NCBI GenBank assembly: GCA_050251055.1
Contig: JBFWNL010000002.1
Span: 1-64,000, forward strand
Direction: 5' to 3'
DNA from: Bacteriovoracia bacterium
GTDB lineage: Bacteria > Bdellovibrionota > UBA1018 > JBFWNL01
Length of the DNA stretch: 64,000 nucleotides
Of the stretch, positions 21,002 through 29,664 are shown piece by piece (positions within the stretch are counted from its first letter, which is position 1; every line of letters starts with the position of its first letter). The position numbers and the translations under genes are program-made. The notes below the pieces were generated by a model. It was not told where the DNA came from, did not search any database, and saw nothing but the letters and a program-made list of their open reading frames with translations.

Positions 21002-21718
21002 ATGACGCCCGCCGCCCACGCCTCCCTCTTTCGCTCTCTATTCGCTTGCCCCGTGTGTCGCGGTGAACTAGCACTCACCGAAGGCGGTCTCTGCGCCTCT
21101 TGTTGGCAGAGCCTCGCTCAGCCTTGCTCTCCTCCCGGGCACATTCAATCCCCAGCTTTATATCCCCTCACCGCCCTGCACTTCAGCTACGTACTCGCCG
21201 GCCCCGTGTACTCGGCATTACGTCGCTGGAAGAATCAACGTGGGCAGGTGTTTCATCGGATCCTTTTTCAAAGTGGATCGCGCGCCCGAATCCCGTACGC
21301 CACCCGCGCGCTGACCCCGGATTTCGTCATCCCGGTACCTCAGTCCCCCGGACGTTTCTGGCAAATCCGCGGAAATCCGCAGCTCACCGTGGCTCGCTGG
21401 TTGTGCCGGGAACTCGGTCATCCCCTGCAAGCGGAATGGCTCCAGATCGCCCAAAAGCCCCACCGACAGGCGGAGCTCCGGCGCAGTGAACGTCTCGCCA
21501 ATTCACTTGAGTTTCGACTGCATTCAAAGGCTCGCCTTTCAATCTCCGGACGCCGCATACTTCTCGTGGACGATTTTGCAACCACGGGCCGCACCCTCGT
21601 ACGCGCCGCCGAAATACTCCGCTCGAACGGAGCCCGCGACGTGCATGCGTTCTGCGTTGGCGTACATCCCCGGACATTAGCTCGAGCCAATTCAAATGAA
21701 ATCGGACAGTTAGCCTAA
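21002..21718 (+). CDS. ComF-family phosphoribosyltransferase-like protein
   Basis: N-terminal CPVC...CASC, 'IPVP', PRPP loop 'LLVDDFATTGRTL'. Confidence 0.8.
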   Translation: MTPAAHASLFRSLFACPVCRGELALTEGGLCASCWQSLAQPCSPPGHIQSPALYPLTALHFSYVLAGPVYSALRRWKNQRGQVFHRILFQSGSRARIPYATRALTPDFVIPVPQSPGRFWQIRGNPQLTVARWLCRELGHPLQAEWLQIAQKPHRQAELRRSERLANSLEFRLHSKARLSISGRRILLVDDFATTGRTLVRAAEILRSNGARDVHAFCVGVHPRTLARANSNEIGQLA

Positions 21719-21772
21719 GAGGCGACTCGCCCATTATTGACGCGGCGCATTTAATCTTCTATAAGCACTCGT

Positions 21773-22321
21773 ATGAAATCGCTGACGCTTGCTCTGATCT
21801 TCGCCTCCGCCACCCATTTAGCCGTCCCATCTAGCTATGCGGATGACGCCGCCACGAGTGACGATGAAAGGGAAAATGATCCCGTCGAGTTTATCGGCTA
21901 TGGGGCATCGCTCACCACGACTCGAAATTTTCCGCTCAAGGCAAACTCCACCAAAACATTTATCCAAGGCAAGCTCGTCACCGCCACCGACGTCGATCTC
22001 GGACCAGATCCTTTCTGCCATTTGAATTTTACCGCCGGTATTTCCCACCGCGTGTATCCCGCCGACGGCCAAATCAAGATGAAATATTCCCGCGCCGTGG
22101 AAGCAACCTACGAAGTCCCCCGCGACCACCAACTAGGGCAAGATCGCTTCAGGCCACGACGATGCATGTCGATGGACCTCGAGCACACTACCTTCAACCA
22201 GCTGGTTTGTTGCCTAGGGGTTGACGCAGACGAATACGCGAAATTACGCGTCCACGATTTACGTACGATCCTGCAGGAACGCTTCACGCTGAAGCTAGGG
22301 AATATAGACACCCTGAAATGA
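21773..22321 (+). CDS. Secreted hypothetical protein
   Basis: Signal peptide; promoter TTGACG-N17-TATAAG ending 7 nt before the ATG. Confidence 0.7.
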   Translation: MKSLTLALIFASATHLAVPSSYADDAATSDDERENDPVEFIGYGASLTTTRNFPLKANSTKTFIQGKLVTATDVDLGPDPFCHLNFTAGISHRVYPADGQIKMKYSRAVEATYEVPRDHQLGQDRFRPRRCMSMDLEHTTFNQLVCCLGVDADEYAKLRVHDLRTILQERFTLKLGNIDTLK

Positions 22322-22355
22322 CGGATCTGATCCGAATGGGAGTACCCGGCGCCAA

Positions 22356-23558
22356 TCAAGCGGTCGGGATATTCCCCGCCGCCCCAACGGTCTCCGCCGC
22401 GCTTTCGGAAACAGCCGCCGGAATCTCGAACGGAGAATCGCTCGTCGCACCCGCCGCCGGAAGGGCCTGGATTACCTGCTGCATCGCCATCGACGGGCCG
22501 AATCCGTCCACGCAAACGGACAGGACATCGTCACCGCGCGCACCCCTTTTCACGTCATCGAGCGCGCCCTGGGCGAAGAAATAGCCTTCGTGGAAGGTCA
22601 CCCGCTCACCCGCGATCCCCGCCGTGAACTCCGATTTTCCGGCCGGCAGCCATTCTGGCGTACCGAACATCTTATTCAAGCATTGCTTGATCCGACGCAG
22701 TTTCTTCGCGATTTCGTGGTTATCCTCGGCCTCGTCGGGAGCCAGGAAAAACGTCCAGACGCTCTTCTTGCCGTCGGCCAGAAAATAACCCCAAACGTGG
22801 CGATCCATCGTTTCACCCGCATCTTTGGGTGACTTCATGTAGAAGCTCTCGGAAGCACCGTTGCCCGCCGCCGCCGCGTGGGTGAACTCCACCTGCACGC
22901 AGCTCATGGGCTGCCACTTGCGGGCCATTTCGGCCACCTTGATCTCTTTCGGCAGGCCTTCGACGGCGCGGAGGCTACTCAAGGTGTCGGCGTAAATCAC
23001 GCGTGAAGCCGAGAATACTTCGCCGTTAGCTAAGGTGACGACCGCCGTACCGCCCATTTCGGCGTACGATTTCATCGGCGCGCCTTCCCGGCGCACGAGC
23101 CTGGGATGCGCGAGCACCATCGCGCGTAGATCGCCCTCGATTTCCAAGAAAGTTTTCTCGAACCGGCCTTCGCGCAGCGGAGCGGCCTGCCGCTCGGCCA
23201 ACCAAAGCATCTCGTCGCGCACTTCCGTGCGATCCTGCTCGCTAGCGGCGGTAAACCACTCCGGCGGGTGGAAGGCCTTGTTACGAAACTCGCGCAGGAA
23301 CGAACCCGCCTGAAAAGGGCCCAGGTCCATGTCCATGCCCGCGGCCAAGCGGATCCAGCCGTCAGAACCTTCGCCGGCCTCCAGGCTAGCCGTGACTGGC
23401 AGAAGCCGAGCGCTCGTGCCCGCAGCCCAAATGACCTTCGAATACTGATCGAGCGCCGTGGCCACCGCGGAAAGCGCTGACCATCCGTCTCCGATCACTA
23501 CCGCGACTCCCAATGCTTCTTCTGCGTGTGTCTGCGTCTGCTTTACCGATTCGCTCAT
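22356..23558 (-). CDS. Hypothetical protein with a divergent FAD/Rossmann-like N-terminus
   Basis: 'VAVVIGDGWSALSA' (GxGxxA), 'VTLANGEVFSASRVIYA'; GAGG RBS. Confidence 0.6.
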   Translation of the reverse strand: MSESVKQTQTHAEEALGVAVVIGDGWSALSAVATALDQYSKVIWAAGTSARLLPVTASLEAGEGSDGWIRLAAGMDMDLGPFQAGSFLREFRNKAFHPPEWFTAASEQDRTEVRDEMLWLAERQAAPLREGRFEKTFLEIEGDLRAMVLAHPRLVRREGAPMKSYAEMGGTAVVTLANGEVFSASRVIYADTLSSLRAVEGLPKEIKVAEMARKWQPMSCVQVEFTHAAAAGNGASESFYMKSPKDAGETMDRHVWGYFLADGKKSVWTFFLAPDEAEDNHEIAKKLRRIKQCLNKMFGTPEWLPAGKSEFTAGIAGERVTFHEGYFFAQGALDDVKRGARGDDVLSVCVDGFGPSMAMQQVIQALPAAGATSDSPFEIPAAVSESAAETVGAAGNIPTA

Positions 23559-23667
23559 TCTATTTCCTCAAGGTGGGATGGACCCTTATGTCGATCCCCA
23601 TCGTAGCGAAGAAATAAAATCAGGCAAGTATTTCTTGGTTGCGATAAAAATCAATTAATTCAGATAG

Positions 23668-24972
23668 TTAATTTGACGCCGCGCCAGACCCTGAAGAATC
23701 CGCGGCGGAAGTCGTGGCCGGGAAAAACTCCGTGTGCAACTCCCGTATTGCGTCGTCCACCCGGTTGAGCGCAACTCCCACCGTCACGCCAAACGGGGAG
23801 GCGACCGCGGTGGTTACCGCAACTTTATCCCGCCAAAGCACATCGACCACGCGGGGAAGCATCGACCCGTCGGCCGGCAAACTTTCTCCGGCCAAAGTCA
23901 CCGGCGCCAGCTCTTCGAAAATCTGGAAGGTTTTCATAAATCCTTCTTCGACCAAACGGGAGAGGCCTTTTTTCAAATCCGCAAGCACGGCACGATCAAT
24001 GTAAAACCCCACTTTTCCATGTTCGAAGGTAGGCGCGAGCACCGCCGACGGCAACGCCTTCAAGCACTCCCAGAGCGCCGCCGTGAGCGTGGGGCGGGCT
24101 AACTCCACCTGCACGAATAGCTTCTCCTTGTCGCTCGTCACGCCGATAGGTTGGAACATTTCGATTTCAGTCACCCCGACCGAACGTTTTTCCGTGTTTT
24201 CCATTCCGCCTCCTACTTCGGTACTTTGCCGACGGGCCGGCTCCCAGCCGGGGACCTCGTCGCTGGATAAACTGTTGAGCACCCTTAAGCGAATGCCGAA
24301 CTTCTTGGCCAGAGCCACGCTGCGCGGATGCAAGACGCCGGCGCCGGCGCTCGCCAGCTCGAGCATAGCACCGTATGAAACCCGGGGCTGCAGCCGCGCG
24401 TGCGCTACGACCCGAGGGTCCGCCGTGAAAACCCCGTCGACATCCGTGAAGATCTCACAGGCATCCGCCCCGAGGGCGGCCGCCAAAGCCACCGCCGTGG
24501 TGTCGGAACCCCCTCGCCCCAACGTCGTTACATCCTTCGTCTTCTCGCTAACGCCCTGGAACCCGGCCACGATCACGATCTTGTTTTCGCCGAGCGCCGC
24601 GCGCACACGATCGCCCAGGATGCGGCGGATACGCGCACGGCGATGGCCTTCGTCCGTGATAATGCCCGTCTGTGACCCCGTGAGCGAAACCGCCTGGACC
24701 CCGCGGTCGGCGAGCGCCATAGAAAGAAGCGCCATCGATATCCGCTCGCCCGCCGTAAGCAGCATGTCCATTTCCCGGTGTGGCGGAGACTGAGATACCG
24801 CGCGTGCGAGATCGATAAGCTCGTCCGTGGTCTGCCCCATGGCCGACACGACGACGACTAGCTTTTTTCCGGCTTGATGCTCGTGGGCAAGTTTACGCGC
24901 TACCAGCTGAATACGCTGGGAAGTACCGACGGAAGTGCCGCCGAATTTTTGCACCACGAAAGGCTGGGCCAT
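23668..24972 (-). CDS. lysC: Aspartate kinase
   Basis: 'VQKFGGTSV', 'VVSAMG.TTD', 'AGFQG', 'TLGRGGSDTTA', 'TDVDGVFTADP'. Confidence 0.92.
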   Translation of the reverse strand: MAQPFVVQKFGGTSVGTSQRIQLVARKLAHEHQAGKKLVVVVSAMGQTTDELIDLARAVSQSPPHREMDMLLTAGERISMALLSMALADRGVQAVSLTGSQTGIITDEGHRRARIRRILGDRVRAALGENKIVIVAGFQGVSEKTKDVTTLGRGGSDTTAVALAAALGADACEIFTDVDGVFTADPRVVAHARLQPRVSYGAMLELASAGAGVLHPRSVALAKKFGIRLRVLNSLSSDEVPGWEPARRQSTEVGGGMENTEKRSVGVTEIEMFQPIGVTSDKEKLFVQVELARPTLTAALWECLKALPSAVLAPTFEHGKVGFYIDRAVLADLKKGLSRLVEEGFMKTFQIFEELAPVTLAGESLPADGSMLPRVVDVLWRDKVAVTTAVASPFGVTVGVALNRVDDAIRELHTEFFPATTSAADSSGSGAASN

Positions 24973-24977
24973 GCCCC

Positions 24978-26723
24978 CTAGCTACTACCATACTTCAGGT
25001 AGGAACGGGCGCTCTGTCTTTCTTTGTTCTTCAAGGAGTAGAAGCGTTTCTTACGCTTGCTCTTTTTGCGAGGCGGGTCATCCCGCAGGTCCAACGAAGC
25101 GGTCGAGCGCGAACGATCATGCGGCATCGGCAGCAGCAGGGTCTTGCCCGCGCGAACTTCCGCATGCTTGCCCAATCCGTTAAGGTCCCGGATCGGATCC
25201 GCGTTGATGCCGTGGTGGCGGGCGATGCCTCTGATGGTTTCGCCCGGGCGCACGGTGTGGGTGCGGAACTTCACTTCGCGTGGATAGGCCGGATGATTAT
25301 ACGTCGTAAGAAAGCGATCCGCGACGGCGACCGGAAGCTTGATCCGATAGAAGGGCGTGCCCGGCGGCGTACACCAGCGCAACACCTGCGGGTTGAGGCT
25401 CTTCACCTGTTGGTAGGTAAGGCCAGCGGCATCCGCGATCTTCAGCAAGTCGGCGGGGCTTTGCACTTCGAACTCGGCGATATCGCCGGCGTTCAACTGT
25501 CCTTTTCGGTCTACGTGGGGAGTACGGGTCGCCGTAATCGCGGCCCGAGCCATTGGGGCATTGGCGCCCAAGGGAGCGGGCGAAGCCGTCGGCGGGCCGC
25601 TCGGTGCTTCCACGGTCTTGTTGGCGGCAACTTCGGGCTCGTCTGCTTTGGCGTCCGTATCGTCGCCCTCGGATTCCGCGACTTCCGCTTCATCGGCCGA
25701 ACGCACGACCGCCGCCGGGAGTTTCACGTCGGAATCACTTCCCTCCGCGGCATCCTCGTCTTCTTCCTCGGCCAGCTCAATCTTCGTCGAGAGCGGCGCG
25801 GCGACCTTCGCCGCGTTGACCGTGGGGCTGTTCGCGTCCGACAACGAAAGAACCCTCATGCCCGGTGGCTGTTCCGCGCCGTTTTCCTGGGCAATCATCG
25901 CATTCAGATCGATAGGACCCGCCAAATCGGCGCTCCCGGTAAAACCGAACTGTTCGCGATTCTTGCCGATGATGGCCGCCGCCATCAGCTTCGGCACATA
26001 GTTACGAGTCTCGGGCTTAAGGAAGCGATAACGAGTGATCGCCCAAAAGTCGCGTGTCCCGAAACGTTTGATCGCACGCGCGATCTTGAACTCACCGGCG
26101 TTATAAGCCGCAGCCGCGAGCTCCCAGCTGCCGAAATAACCGTGCAGCGTGCGGAGGTAGTTACCCGCCGCCACGGTCGCCCGCCGAATATCGCGACGCT
26201 CATCCACCCACCAATTCACCTTCAAACCGTAGCGCTTGCCGGTGAAAGTCATGAATTGCCAAGGGCCCACCGCTTTGGCGCGGGAGCGGGCGTGGGTATT
26301 GAACCCACTCTCGATCATAGCCAGGTAGACCAAGTCCTCCGGCAGGCCATTTTCCTTCAAGATGGGAGCGATAAACGGAACGAACGCCTCGGAGCGCTGC
26401 AAATAAAGCTCGAAGTACGCCCGCCCCCGGCCCGTGAAGTATTCTACCCAGTTCTCCACCATCGTGTTCACAACGACGGGGTAATCAAAATCCGTGTTCT
26501 TGAGTTTGATCCCCATGACCACCATTTCCCGCTTCCCCCCAACGGGGGAAACCACGGACCCCACCGACTGCGGGGAGTGCTCACCTGGGCCATCCTTCTT
26601 TGAGGTCGTCGCACATCCTGAAAGCCCGAACCCTACCGACAACGAGGTCGCAATCAAAGCCGCGGCTGCCGTTCCTTGGGCCCATCTGTTCTTCCTGATC
26701 AGCGTTTCTTTGGTATTCAGCAA
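24978..26723 (-). CDS. mltD: Membrane-bound lytic murein transglycosylase D-like lipoprotein (SLT + LysM)
   Basis: Lipobox LSGC; 'IESGF', 'AVGPWQF', 'AAYNAGE', 'ETRNYVPK'; LysM 'HTVRPGETIRGIA'. Confidence 0.88.
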   Translation of the reverse strand: MLNTKETLIRKNRWAQGTAAAALIATSLSVGFGLSGCATTSKKDGPGEHSPQSVGSVVSPVGGKREMVVMGIKLKNTDFDYPVVVNTMVENWVEYFTGRGRAYFELYLQRSEAFVPFIAPILKENGLPEDLVYLAMIESGFNTHARSRAKAVGPWQFMTFTGKRYGLKVNWWVDERRDIRRATVAAGNYLRTLHGYFGSWELAAAAYNAGEFKIARAIKRFGTRDFWAITRYRFLKPETRNYVPKLMAAAIIGKNREQFGFTGSADLAGPIDLNAMIAQENGAEQPPGMRVLSLSDANSPTVNAAKVAAPLSTKIELAEEEDEDAAEGSDSDVKLPAAVVRSADEAEVAESEGDDTDAKADEPEVAANKTVEAPSGPPTASPAPLGANAPMARAAITATRTPHVDRKGQLNAGDIAEFEVQSPADLLKIADAAGLTYQQVKSLNPQVLRWCTPPGTPFYRIKLPVAVADRFLTTYNHPAYPREVKFRTHTVRPGETIRGIARHHGINADPIRDLNGLGKHAEVRAGKTLLLPMPHDRSRSTASLDLRDDPPRKKSKRKKRFYSLKNKERQSARSYLKYGSS

Positions 26724-26788
26724 CGGTCCCCCGACTATGGTGATTAATGTGATAGACCACGGAAAAGATTGGAAATTCCGCCTACTAA

Positions 26789-26817
26789 ATTAGAACAGTG
26801 ATCGGTTTTTTTGTCAA
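26789..26817 (-). promoter_or_regulatory. Sigma70-type promoter for mltD
   Basis: TTGACA-N17-TCTAAT on the minus strand. Confidence 0.55.
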
Positions 26818-26848
26818 ACCACGGACCTGCCAGAAATCCGTGGGAACC

Positions 26849-27100
26849 CTATTGGGATGAAGAATCAACCGGTTCGATTACGAGCGGTCCGCTACCCGTC
26901 GCGCCAGACGGCAAGGTCGCTGGGTTTCGAGCGTAAGTATCACTTCCCCCAACTCTTTGGGGGCGCTCCTCCGTACGCGCATGCGCTTCGCCTACGGGGG
27001 GAGAAATCGGGCGCTGGGCCAACCAAAGCACGAGCAGCAAAGCCCCAAAAAGCAGTGGAAAGACCAAAGCGCGTTTATTGAGAGAAGAGCTTACGTCCAT
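26849..27100 (-). CDS. Small single-TM hypothetical protein
   Basis: Hydrophobic segment ALVFPLLFGALLLVLWLA; sigma54-like promoter just upstream. Confidence 0.55.
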   Translation of the reverse strand: MDVSSSLNKRALVFPLLFGALLLVLWLAQRPISPPVGEAHARTEERPQRVGGSDTYARNPATLPSGATGSGPLVIEPVDSSSQ

Positions 27101-27118
27101 CAGGTACTTCTCAAGAGG

Positions 27119-27134
27119 TGCAAGCCCAAGACCG
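27119..27134 (-). promoter_or_regulatory. Sigma54 -24/-12 element
   Basis: cGGtcttgggcTTGCa (GG-N10-GC). Confidence 0.55.
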
Positions 27135-27382
27135 TAAAAGTTAATATTATTATATTTTATTAACTATTGCTTTCAACTACTTAGAATAAAGAAAAAAACG
27201 TTGGGCATCAGGAGACAAAAAAAGGAAGTCCATTTCTTGGACGGTGTTTAAAACGTTTACGAGAAAAATACATAGAAGCATCCGCATCAAATCATAGAGT
27301 TTTTACAAGAAGCCCCACCTCTGGCGCACATAGTCATTTCTTCAATCAATTCAACAGCTTGAAATTGCTTTTGATTATTTCG

Positions 27383-27398
27383 TGGCCTTGAAATTGCT
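27383..27398 (+). promoter_or_regulatory. Sigma54 -24/-12 element for the M4 peptidase
   Basis: TGGCcttgaaaTTGCT. Confidence 0.65.
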
Positions 27399-27477
27399 AT
27401 GGGCAGCGCACGGTTTACGTGTTCACGCGTGAACCAGGGGAAAAATACAACGAAGTATTTCTAGGGGGGAATCTTCA

Positions 27478-29031
27478 ATGAACCAACGCCGCAATGGGCG
27501 TGAGCGACTTCTTTTAGTCGGCTCCGCGCTTTCCATTCTCTGTGTGTCCATCGGCCAGGCGCGCGCCGAGACCGCTGACTCTGTCCGCGACGGAATTCTA
27601 GCATTGGAAAGACTGGGCCTACCTGCCCGCTTCTCGCAACTTGAACGCGATGGCCTAAGCCAAGCCATGAACGCCATGCAAAGCCTGCTCGCGAAGCCAG
27701 GCAATGCCTTGCGCTTAGCGGAAAAACTCGAAGGCGCCGGCATCCGCACCACCCGCCTGCAACACTTTTACGAAGGCCTAGAGGTCGTGGGCTCCATGAC
27801 CGTCACCCACGCCAAAGGACAAGCGGTCTCGATCTCCGATCTCACCCGGGTTTTCGACCTGGATACGCAGCCCAGCCTCGATCGCGCCGAGGCCGTCGCA
27901 ATCGCCCGCTCCCTGGACGCTCGCTTCACCGATCGCGACCTCTTGCGCGCGCCGGAGCTGAAAATCCTGGCCGAAAGTGGCTCCGCTCAACTCATCTACT
28001 GGGTCGCCCTGAAGTCCAACGGCTGGGAAGCTGGACACGACCTGTTGATCGATGCCCACAACGGCACGGTAATCGCTGACATCTCGCACCACATGGATAT
28101 CGCGCCGATCGACGTGTACGACGGCCGCGACATTCCCTCGACCGACATCAACATCATCAACGGCGCGCCGATGAAGATCGACCTCCCGAAACTTGGCCGC
28201 CTCGTGATTAACTCTTCCGCCCAGGAAAAGGCGACGGACTCCGCCAAGCGTGCGCTCGGCAACGCGGAAAAAGTGCTGAAGTACTACCAAGACGTCCACG
28301 GCCGCGACAGCTACGATAACCGGGGTGCCAAGCTTGTGTCCGTCGTGCACGCCGGACGCAACTGGGCCAATGCCTACTGGGACAGCGAGAACAAGCTCAT
28401 GGCCTACGGCGACGGAGACGGCAAAGTCCTCAAAGACCTAACCCTCGGCGTGGATGTGGTCGGACACGAAAACACCCACGGCGTCATCTCATCTACCTCG
28501 AAGCTCATCTACATGAAGGAGTCAGGCGCCCTGAACGAAGCGTTTGCCGACTTCCTGGGCAAGATGATCGAAAACGAAGACAACTGGGTGATGGGACATC
28601 GGATCTTCGTCGACGAGTCGCGAGCCGCCACCGGCATTCGCAACATGCGCAATCCCAAAGTCAACACCGTCCAGTACCGTGACGACGACGGCGAGATCCA
28701 ATCGAAGCCGTATCCGGAGCACGTGCGCGAACTGTTTCCAATGCCGACTGCGCCCTGTGGCCGGGCGAACGATAACTGCTGGGTGCATATCAACTCGACC
28801 GTGGCCAGCCACGCGACCTACCTGGTGTACGAAGCCATCGGCAAGCAAAAAGCCGAGCGCCTTTTCTACGAAGTGCTAACCCGCGCCTTGACGGCTACGT
28901 CAGGCATGCGCGACTTCCAGGTGGAAACCTTGAAGATGTGCGGGGTACTTTTGGATACCGCGACCTGCGCAAAGGTCACGGCGGCGATGGCCGAAGCCGG
29001 CTTTTCAGACGAGTTCACCGGCAATCGCTAA
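27478..29031 (+). CDS. Secreted M4-family (thermolysin-like) zinc metallopeptidase
   Basis: Signal peptide, FTP/PepSY-like propeptide, 'NAYW', 'HENTH', 'ESGALNEAFAD', 'VHINS'. Confidence 0.92.
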   Translation: MNQRRNGRERLLLVGSALSILCVSIGQARAETADSVRDGILALERLGLPARFSQLERDGLSQAMNAMQSLLAKPGNALRLAEKLEGAGIRTTRLQHFYEGLEVVGSMTVTHAKGQAVSISDLTRVFDLDTQPSLDRAEAVAIARSLDARFTDRDLLRAPELKILAESGSAQLIYWVALKSNGWEAGHDLLIDAHNGTVIADISHHMDIAPIDVYDGRDIPSTDINIINGAPMKIDLPKLGRLVINSSAQEKATDSAKRALGNAEKVLKYYQDVHGRDSYDNRGAKLVSVVHAGRNWANAYWDSENKLMAYGDGDGKVLKDLTLGVDVVGHENTHGVISSTSKLIYMKESGALNEAFADFLGKMIENEDNWVMGHRIFVDESRAATGIRNMRNPKVNTVQYRDDDGEIQSKPYPEHVRELFPMPTAPCGRANDNCWVHINSTVASHATYLVYEAIGKQKAERLFYEVLTRALTATSGMRDFQVETLKMCGVLLDTATCAKVTAAMAEAGFSDEFTGNR

Positions 29032-29069
29032 ATAAAAGATTATAGTCTCGGGGGCTATATCTAGGGGGA

Positions 29070-29102
29070 AACGGCAGTCGACGCGAAAGCGTGGCTGCCG
29101 TT
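29070..29102. terminator. Hairpin between the convergent M4 peptidase and DUF507 genes
   Basis: AACGGCAGTC-GACGC-GAAA-GCGT-GGCTGCCGTT. Confidence 0.65.
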
Positions 29103-29200
29103 CTACTTTGCCAGGACAAATTCTGGCCAATGAGCTTATGAAATGCGGCGTTCATCTGAACTTCGCTTTCCCGTAGCTTTCGGTTCGAGAGAATTCGAGC

Positions 29201-29650
29201 TTAGTGAAGATTCGCGGGATTGAACTTCTTTACGTAGCCGACAATTAACTGTTCGAGGTCTTCGTCGGTTTCGTACACTTCATCGATGTGCGATGAGCGC
29301 ATGAAGTATTGCGCGATCGTTTGCGCCACGGCTTTAAGCGTCTTCTGAAAGTAAAAGCCATTGAGCTCGTCATCACCGAAGGTTTTGCGTACGATGCTAC
29401 GAGCCGCGCGATACTGGGCGTTCTCGGTATAAGCGCTTTCTTCGAGTGCGGACTGGGAGGCGCCGATCTTTTCCAGAGTTTGCAAGTGAAGATCTTCGTC
29501 CGTCAGCACGTCACGGCCGATGAGGTGCGCGATCTCGTCCTGCACGATTTGGCGGAGGCGAGGCGGGAAAGCGATCGACTTCTGGTTTTCCAACCGCGTG
29601 ACGATCGACTTGCACAACATCCTTACGGTTTCTCTTTTGGTCGAAGACAT
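29201..29650 (-). CDS. DUF507-family protein
   Basis: Helical ~150-aa protein ending 'IDEVYETDEDLEQLI'; DUF507 genes commonly lie near murJ in deltaproteobacteria-like genomes. Confidence 0.55.
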   Translation of the reverse strand: MSSTKRETVRMLCKSIVTRLENQKSIAFPPRLRQIVQDEIAHLIGRDVLTDEDLHLQTLEKIGASQSALEESAYTENAQYRAARSIVRKTFGDDELNGFYFQKTLKAVAQTIAQYFMRSSHIDEVYETDEDLEQLIVGYVKKFNPANLH

Positions 29651-29664
29651 AGCCCGAGTGTATC

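Noticed and set aside
25119-26603. 494-aa plus-strand ORF opposite mltD (also 38361..39632, 30797..32134, 8417..9322, 54102..54986)
   Set aside because: Antisense shadow ORFs expected in high-GC coding DNA; Arg-rich, no motifs, and they overlap well-supported genes.
27460-29070. TCTAGGGGG both before and after the M4 peptidase gene, as a possible target-site duplication
   Set aside because: Only about 9 nt, the first copy is the RBS, and there is no other sign of mobility.
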